Source: Polyangiaceae bacterium (GTDB lineage Bacteria > Myxococcota_A > Polyangia > Polyangiales > Polyangiaceae). From it: a DNA stretch of 64,000 nucleotides. The position numbers were made by a program, and so were the translations under genes. Every line of letters starts with the position of its first letter. The stretch's first letter is position 1. Location of the stretch: assembly GCA_044376115.1 (NCBI GenBank), contig JBILLK010000022.1, forward strand, positions 1-64,000, given 5' to 3'. The notes below the pieces were generated by a model. The model ran no database searches and had not been told where the DNA came from. It saw only the letters and a program-made list of their open reading frames with translations. Positions 58,593-64,000 of this stretch are shown piece after piece.

Positions 58593-60875
58593 GTGCAGGA
58601 GGGTGGTCGTTTTCAGTTTCCGATGGCGCCGGTGCTATCCCCGGATCATCCGGGGCACCTCGCGAGAGCGGCCCAACCGATCACTCCGTTCATGTTTGCG
58701 CCATCCGCGGCAGGGCCGGCCGAGCAGCGTTGGGGAACGGCGGCGGCGGCGCCCGCAGAAGCGCGTTGGGATGCCCCGCCCGCCGGTTATGGCAAGCGCC
58801 CCTCGACGATCCCGCCGGCGCCGGCACCCGACCTCGCCGCCCCGGCGATCTTGCCGTTTCAACCTGCGAACAACGGGCTTCCCTTTGCACCGGCGGCACA
58901 AGGAGCAGCGTTCGGAGGGCAGCCGCAGGCCGGTTCTGCGGCGCCCGCCGCGCCGGCGCAGCCGATCTCCCCGTGGGCGCAATACGCTTCGGCGGCCACA
59001 GGGCTCCCCACGCCGGAGCCCGCTGCGCCAGCCTTGGTGCCACCGGCGGTGGTGCCGGCAGCACCGGCCTGGGACCCGCACGAGGCCCAACGTATCGAGG
59101 CCCAACGTATCGAGGCCCAACGTATCGAGGCCCAGCGACTTGAAGCTCAACGTATCGAGGCCCAGCGTCTCGAGGCCCAGCGACTTGAAGCTCAACGCGC
59201 CGCTTGGCAACACGCCGAGGCCCAGCGCCTCGCCGCCGAACAGGCCGAGGCCCAACGTATCGAGGCCCAGCGTCTTGAAGCTCAACGCGCCGCTTGGCAA
59301 CACGCCGAGGCCCAGCGGCTCGCCGCCGAACAAGCCGAGGCCCAACGCCTCGAGGCTCAGCGGCTCGAGGCCCAACGGCTCGCCGCCGAACAAGCCGAGG
59401 CCCAGCGTCTCGAGGCTCAGCGGCTCGCTTGGCAACACGCTGAGGCCCAGCGCCTCGAGGCCGAGCGCGTTCAACGCGAGCGGGAGGCCGCCGAGCTTGC
59501 CACCCGCGAGGCGTTGGCTCGGGCAGCCGCGGAGCGCGCCGAGCTCGAGCGGCTGATCGCGCAACGGGAGGCCGCGGAGCAGCTGGCGCGAGAAGCAGCG
59601 GAACGTGCAGCGCGCGAACGTGAGCTCGCTGAAGCAGCTGCCCGCGAAGCGGCGAAGGAGCGTGCGGCCGCCGAGCTTGCCTTGATTGAGGCGGCGCGCG
59701 CCCGCGAACAGGCCGAGGCGCTCGAACGAGAGACGTCGGCGCGGCTCGCAATCGAGCGGGAACGCGCGCTGCAAGCTGCCGAAGAACGTCGGCTGGCGGA
59801 GGAACGAGCGGCGCGTGAAGCGCGCGAAGCCGCCGAGGCCCGCGCGCTGGCCGAACGAGCTGCAGCTGAGCGCGTTGCGTACGAGGCGCAACAGCGAGCC
59901 GCACAGGAGGCACAGCAGCGGGCGATGCTGGAGGCGCAGGCGCGCGCCGAACGCGACGCCCATGAGCGAGCGGCGCGAGCGGCGATCGTGGCGGCGGAAG
60001 CGCGAGCCCTGGCCGAGCGGGTGGCCGCCGATCGAGCGGCGCGCGAGGCCGCACAACGCGAAGCTGCCGAGCGCGAGGCCGCACAACGCGAGGCAGCGCT
60101 GCGCGAAGCCGCACAACGCGAGGCCGCTGCTCGCGAGGCGGCGCTGCGCGAGGCCGCACAACGCGAGGCCGCTGCTCGCGAGACGCTGGAACGGGAAGCG
60201 CGTGAAACCAGCGCGCGCGCGGCCGCCGAGCGGGAGGCCGCTGCACGCCTTCGCGAGGCTGCAGCGCGCGAGGCGCTGGAACGGGAGGAACGCGAGGCTG
60301 CGATGCGGGAGGCCGCCGTGCGCGAGGCTACCGCGCGCGAAGCCTTGCAGCGCGAGGTCCGCGAGACCGCCGCACGCGAAGCGCGCAAAGCCGCCGAGGC
60401 GCGCGAGGCCGAGGAGCAGAAAGCGAAGGCCGCCAAAGCCGAGTCCCTCGCGGCGCTGCGCAAAGCGGCGCAAGAGGAAGAACGCGCCGAACGACTCGCG
60501 GCCTTGGCTGCGGCCGACGCGACCGTCTCGCTCAGCACGCCGCCTCCCAAAGCAACCAGCATCGCCCCGCCGAATGCGGCCAGTGTGCCGCCGCCCAAAG
60601 CGACCAGCGTCGCTCCGCCGAACGCGGTCAGTGTGCCGCCGCCCAAAGCGACCAGCGTCGCTCCGCCGAACGCAGCCAGCGTAGCCCCGCCCGCCCAGGC
60701 GCCGGTTGCGCCCAGCGAGCCGCCCGCTGCTGCGCCGAGCGAGCCGCCTGCTGCTGCGCCGAGCGAGCCGCCTGCTGCTGCGCCGAGCGAGCCGCCTGCT
60801 GCTGCGCCGAGCGTCGCACCGACGCCGAGTGGCCTTGTACCGCCGCCCAAGCGGAAGAAGATCGCCAAGTGGTAG
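58593..60875 (+). CDS. Low-complexity protein: Pro/Ala N-terminus, long E/A/R coiled coil, Pro-rich repeat tail
   Basis: EAQR(I/L), AAQREAAA, SVAPP and APSEPPAA tandem peptides; start uncertain. Confidence 0.7.
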   Translation: MQEGGRFQFPMAPVLSPDHPGHLARAAQPITPFMFAPSAAGPAEQRWGTAAAAPAEARWDAPPAGYGKRPSTIPPAPAPDLAAPAILPFQPANNGLPFAPAAQGAAFGGQPQAGSAAPAAPAQPISPWAQYASAATGLPTPEPAAPALVPPAVVPAAPAWDPHEAQRIEAQRIEAQRIEAQRLEAQRIEAQRLEAQRLEAQRAAWQHAEAQRLAAEQAEAQRIEAQRLEAQRAAWQHAEAQRLAAEQAEAQRLEAQRLEAQRLAAEQAEAQRLEAQRLAWQHAEAQRLEAERVQREREAAELATREALARAAAERAELERLIAQREAAEQLAREAAERAARERELAEAAAREAAKERAAAELALIEAARAREQAEALERETSARLAIERERALQAAEERRLAEERAAREAREAAEARALAERAAAERVAYEAQQRAAQEAQQRAMLEAQARAERDAHERAARAAIVAAEARALAERVAADRAAREAAQREAAEREAAQREAALREAAQREAAAREAALREAAQREAAARETLEREARETSARAAAEREAAARLREAAAREALEREEREAAMREAAVREATAREALQREVRETAAREARKAAEAREAEEQKAKAAKAESLAALRKAAQEEERAERLAALAAADATVSLSTPPPKATSIAPPNAASVPPPKATSVAPPNAVSVPPPKATSVAPPNAASVAPPAQAPVAPSEPPAAAPSEPPAAAPSEPPAAAPSEPPAAAPSVAPTPSGLVPPPKRKKIAKW
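59082..59466 (+). repeat. Coding 15-bp tandem repeat (EAQRI/EAQRL)
   Basis: GAGGCCCAACGTATC x3 exact, then degenerate copies with higher-order AAWQHA/AAEQA spacers. Confidence 0.85.
60708..60803 (+). repeat. Coding 24-bp tandem repeat (APSEPPAA x4)
   Basis: GCGCCGAGCGAGCCGCCTGCTGCT-type units. Confidence 0.85.
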
Positions 60876-60882
60876 CGTCAAC

Positions 60883-60902
60883 CGGCTGACGAGCGTCAGC
60901 CG
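60883..60902. other. Perfect hairpin just after the stop codon
   Basis: CGGCTGACG-AG-CGTCAGCCG; no U tract. Confidence 0.45.
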
Positions 60903-61027
60903 CGCGACGTCGGCGGCACGACGATTTGAGGCGACGCGGTGAGCGTCAGGTCGGGGTTGCAGCGCCTTGCGAAGCAGGGCGGTCAGCGGCGCAAGGGCCT
61001 CTGCGACGTAAGACCGGGGAGCTGCGC

Positions 61028-61378
61028 CAGCCCCCGCCCTTTGCTTCGCGCTGCCGCGACCAAACACCGGGCACCTACCGCAGCCCCCACCCTTTGCTTC
61101 GCGCTACCGCGACCAAACCCTCGGCACCTACCGCAGCCCCCACCCTTTGCTTCGCGCTACCGCGACCAAACCCTGGGCACCTACCGCAGCCCCCACCCTT
61201 TACTTCGCGCTGCCGCGACCAAACCCCGGGCACCTACCGCAGCCCCCAGCCTTTACTTCGCACTGCCGCGACCAAACCCTCGGCACCTACCGCAGCCCCC
61301 ACCCTTTACTTCGCGCTACCGCGACCAAACCCTCGGCACCTACCGCAGCCCCCACCCTTTGCTTCGCCCTTTACTTCG
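61028..61378. repeat. Intergenic 53-bp tandem repeat, 6 full copies plus a partial copy
   Basis: Unit CAGCCCCCACCCTTT(G/A)CTTCGCGCT(A/G)CCGCGACCAAACCCTCGGCACCTACCG starting at 61028, 61081, 61134, 61187, 61240, 61293 and 61346 (partial). Confidence 0.97.
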
Positions 61379-61440
61379 TTAAGCGCCGCCGCTCCCGGCC
61401 GCGTGCAACGGCCAAAGGGGGCTCGTATCTGCCGCTTGCT

Positions 61441-61737
61441 CTAAGAACGCCACGCGGCGAGCGCGGGGGACATGCTGACCGAGCGGAGAATGGCCTCCGA
61501 TTCAGCGCCACAGACGTCCTCGAGCAGCTCGCGCAAGACCTCTTCATCGATGCTGGAGGGCGTAACCGCCCAGATCACCGTCGCATCGAGCGCTGCATCG
61601 CGTGCGCCTTGGGCGTCGCCGTCCTCGTGCAGCTCCCACGCCAGCGCGCACAGCTTGACGGCCAAGTTGATGGCGCCGCCGTTCGGCTCGGCGCACAACG
61701 TCACGGTCTCAGCCTCGGGCTCACGAACGAATCCCAT
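61441..61737 (-). CDS. Small hypothetical protein
   Basis: 98-aa acidic ORF with a GAGGAG RBS upstream of the ATG. Confidence 0.6.
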   Translation of the reverse strand: MGFVREPEAETVTLCAEPNGGAINLAVKLCALAWELHEDGDAQGARDAALDATVIWAVTPSSIDEEVLRELLEDVCGAESEAILRSVSMSPALAAWRS

Positions 61738-61811
61738 CGTTGCTCCTCAAGTCGGCGGAACCGGCCGCAGACTCGGGCGGAGAAGCACGAGCTGGGCCAG
61801 GCGCATGGCGC

Positions 61812-62354
61812 TCAGAAAGCAAACGTTAGCGTGGTTCGCCCGGCGGAGAACAGAGGGGGCTCGCTCCCCAGCGCAACCGCCGGTCCATCGAGGCTGACGC
61901 TGACGAGGTAGGAGCCCGTCACGACCAGGACGATGCCCCCGCCGATGCCGGATACATACGTCGCCACGCGCGCGAGTTCGGACATGGCGTCATCGTCCAC
62001 GGCGCCCAGCGCGATCGGCGTGGCGATCGCCGCGCCCAAGCCGAGCACGATGTTGATCCAGCCGAACACCTGCTTGAAGGCGCGACCATCCGACCGTGGC
62101 TCGACGGCCACCCGATCGCTGGGCTCACGGCCGCAGCGCCTCGCCGCTTGATCGAACTCACAGCGCAGGCCGTGCTCGCGGCAAGCGCGTGAGGCCGCAC
62201 AATCCGCAACGCTCGTCGCGACGCAGCGTTCGCCCTGCAGCGTGCAGCGCCCATATTGCTCGCAGGCCTCACTCGCTCGGCAACGGTCCGCGGCCTGGGC
62301 GTGAGCTGCAGCAGGGAGCAGCGCGAGTGCGAAGCTGACGAGCCAAAGCCGCAT
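61812..62354 (-). CDS. Hypothetical exported protein with Cys repeats and two TM segments
   Basis: Signal peptide AHA; C..S.AC...G.C repeats; C-terminal F. Confidence 0.65.
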   Translation of the reverse strand: MRLWLVSFALALLPAAAHAQAADRCRASEACEQYGRCTLQGERCVATSVADCAASRACREHGLRCEFDQAARRCGREPSDRVAVEPRSDGRAFKQVFGWINIVLGLGAAIATPIALGAVDDDAMSELARVATYVSGIGGGIVLVVTGSYLVSVSLDGPAVALGSEPPLFSAGRTTLTFAF

Positions 62355-62375
62355 GCGCCAAAGCCTACTGCACTA

Positions 62376-64000
62376 TCAGGCAGCTTTCAGCGCCGAGCGA
62401 GCACGCAGACGACCGATGGCTTTGACGAGCTCGACGACAGCGACCGGGGCGAGCGCCGCGACGGTGATCAAGCCCCAATCGGTCGCGCTCAGGAGGGTGG
62501 TTCGCAACACGTTGCGCAGAGGCGGCAGGAACACCGCTGCAACTTGCAACAGCACACAGATCGCGGTCGCTCCCCACAACCAAAGGTTGCTGAAGAGCCG
62601 AGCGCTGAACAGCGACTGGCGCAGCGATCGCGCATTGAAGGCGTGAAATACCTGGGCGAGCGCGAGGGTCATGAATGCCATCGTCTCGGCATGGCGCAGA
62701 CCAACGCCTTGCTCGCCGTACCAGCGCATCCCCAACGCAAAGGCCGCCAGCGTAGAGCCGGCGAGAAGCCCACCCTGCCACACGATCAGCCAGCCGAAAC
62801 GCGCGGTCATCAGCGGCTGTTTCGGATCGCGCGGCGGCACCTTCATCACGCCCTCGGCGGAAGGCTCGAGCGCGAGCGCCATCGCCGGGAAGATGTCGGT
62901 CACCAGGTTGAGCCACAAGATCTGCATCACGCCGAGCGGCAGCGGCCAGCCGACCATGATCGCGACGAAGATGGTGGCGATCTCGGCGAGGTTGCTCGAG
63001 AACAGGTAGTGGATGAAGCGCACGATGTTGTTGACGATGATGCGCCCTTGCTCGACGGCCCCGACGATGGTGGCGAAGTTGTCGTCGGTGATGACCATGT
63101 CAGCGGCGTCCTTCGCGACCTCGGTGCCACGGATGCCCATCGCGATACCGACGTCGGCCTTGCGCAACGCCGGCGCGTCGTTGACCCCGTCGCCGGTCAT
63201 CGCCACCACGTGACCGGCGCGTTGCAACGCCTCGACGATGCTGAGCTTGTGCTCGGGCGATACGCGAGCGAAGACCGCGGCCTCGGCGACGATCGCCTGC
63301 CAGCCGGCGGCGTCGAGGTCCTTGAGTTCGCGCCCGTTCACGGTGCGCAGCAGCGCGCCTTTCGTGTCGCGGTCGAGCCCGAGTTGCCGAGCGATCTCGC
63401 TGGCGGTGGCCTGTTGGTCGCCGGTGATCATCACGGTGCGGATGCCGGCCTCGCGGCAGATCGTGATGGTGCGCTCGGCCTCGTCGCGCAGCGGATCGAT
63501 CATGCCGACGAGCCCGACGTAGACGAGCTCTCGGGTGAGGTCTTGATCGCTGAAGCCTTCGGGTAGCTCGCGGTAGGCAAGCCCGAGCACGCGCAAGGCC
63601 GCGGCCGCGAGCTGCTGGTTATCGGTGCGAGCCTGCTCGCGAGCCTCAGCCGAGAGCGCGACCACGCCCTCCGCTCCGAGCAGCGAACCGCTGGCCGCCA
63701 ACACCGCCGCAGGCGCTCCCTTGACGTAAGCGACGCTGTGTCCGCAGGGCGCTGTATGCACCGTGACCATCTGTTGGGTCTCGCTGCTGAAAGGCAACTC
63801 GCGCGTGCGCGGGCAATCGCGCTCGAGTTCGGCTCGCTGTAGGCCGGCCTTCTCCGCCACCACCGTCAACGCCGCTTCGGTCGGGTCGCCCAAGACCACC
63901 GCGCTGCCCTTGGAGCGATCGAGCTTGGCGTCGTTGCACAATGCGCCGATGCGCAAGGCGACGCGCAGCGGCTCTTCGCTCGCGGCCGCAAGATCGAGCA
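62376..64000 (-). CDS. Cation-transporting P-type ATPase (P2, Ca2+-ATPase-like), N-terminus outside the window
   Basis: GDPTE, KGAP, DPLR, MITGD, MTGDGVNDAPAL, LWLNLVTD. Confidence 0.93.
   Translation of the reverse strand, partial: LDLAAASEEPLRVALRIGALCNDAKLDRSKGSAVVLGDPTEAALTVVAEKAGLQRAELERDCPRTRELPFSSETQQMVTVHTAPCGHSVAYVKGAPAAVLAASGSLLGAEGVVALSAEAREQARTDNQQLAAAALRVLGLAYRELPEGFSDQDLTRELVYVGLVGMIDPLRDEAERTITICREAGIRTVMITGDQQATASEIARQLGLDRDTKGALLRTVNGRELKDLDAAGWQAIVAEAAVFARVSPEHKLSIVEALQRAGHVVAMTGDGVNDAPALRKADVGIAMGIRGTEVAKDAADMVITDDNFATIVGAVEQGRIIVNNIVRFIHYLFSSNLAEIATIFVAIMVGWPLPLGVMQILWLNLVTDIFPAMALALEPSAEGVMKVPPRDPKQPLMTARFGWLIVWQGGLLAGSTLAAFALGMRWYGEQGVGLRHAETMAFMTLALAQVFHAFNARSLRQSLFSARLFSNLWLWGATAICVLLQVAAVFLPPLRNVLRTTLLSATDWGLITVAALAPVAVVELVKAIGRLRARSALKAA

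Noticed and set aside
58635..61067. Long minus-strand ORFs (810, 518 and 465 aa)
   Set aside because: Antisense shadows of the low-complexity GC-rich gene on the plus strand.
61028..61378. CRISPR array
   Set aside because: The units are contiguous near-identical 53-mers with no unique spacers, and there are no cas genes in the window.
60926..61911. ORFs running through the 53-bp repeat
   Set aside because: The period is not divisible by 3, so the same peptides cycle through all three frames; these are products of a stop-poor repeat.

Overview
High-GC bacterial chromosomal segment, most likely Myxococcota (Polyangiales-like). This is inferred from the Ser/Thr kinase-TPR/PEGA-lipoprotein module, many Cys-rich repeat lipoproteins, FHA-GGDEF, a DUF2169-like protein and orphan PilT paralogs. 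Housekeeping genes include dinB, argF, argH, glnE, fni, rpiA, rpsU, an ABC-F ATPase and a P-type ATPase. Main points of interest: (1) positions 1-4770 read as a decaying integron gene-cassette array with no integrase in the window. attC-like inverted repeats flank the genes and each cassette's first bases complement its last bases. Cargo is a PIN/RHH toxin-antitoxin pair, an unknown Zn-ribbon protein, a sirtuin and an AAA-ATPase/DUF4276-like candidate defence pair. (2) An SmtB/ZiaR-type metal sensor with its own operator is coupled to a 114-aa protein with 28 His and 6 Cys, a candidate non-classical metal-sequestering system. (3) A non-coding 53-bp tandem satellite (6 full copies) lies between convergent genes. 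(4) Lipoproteins are built from tandem knottin-like C-C-CC-C-C modules. Two single-base frameshifts may be assembly errors. All calls come from reading motifs by eye; no database searches were run. No rRNA, tRNA or CRISPR array was seen.
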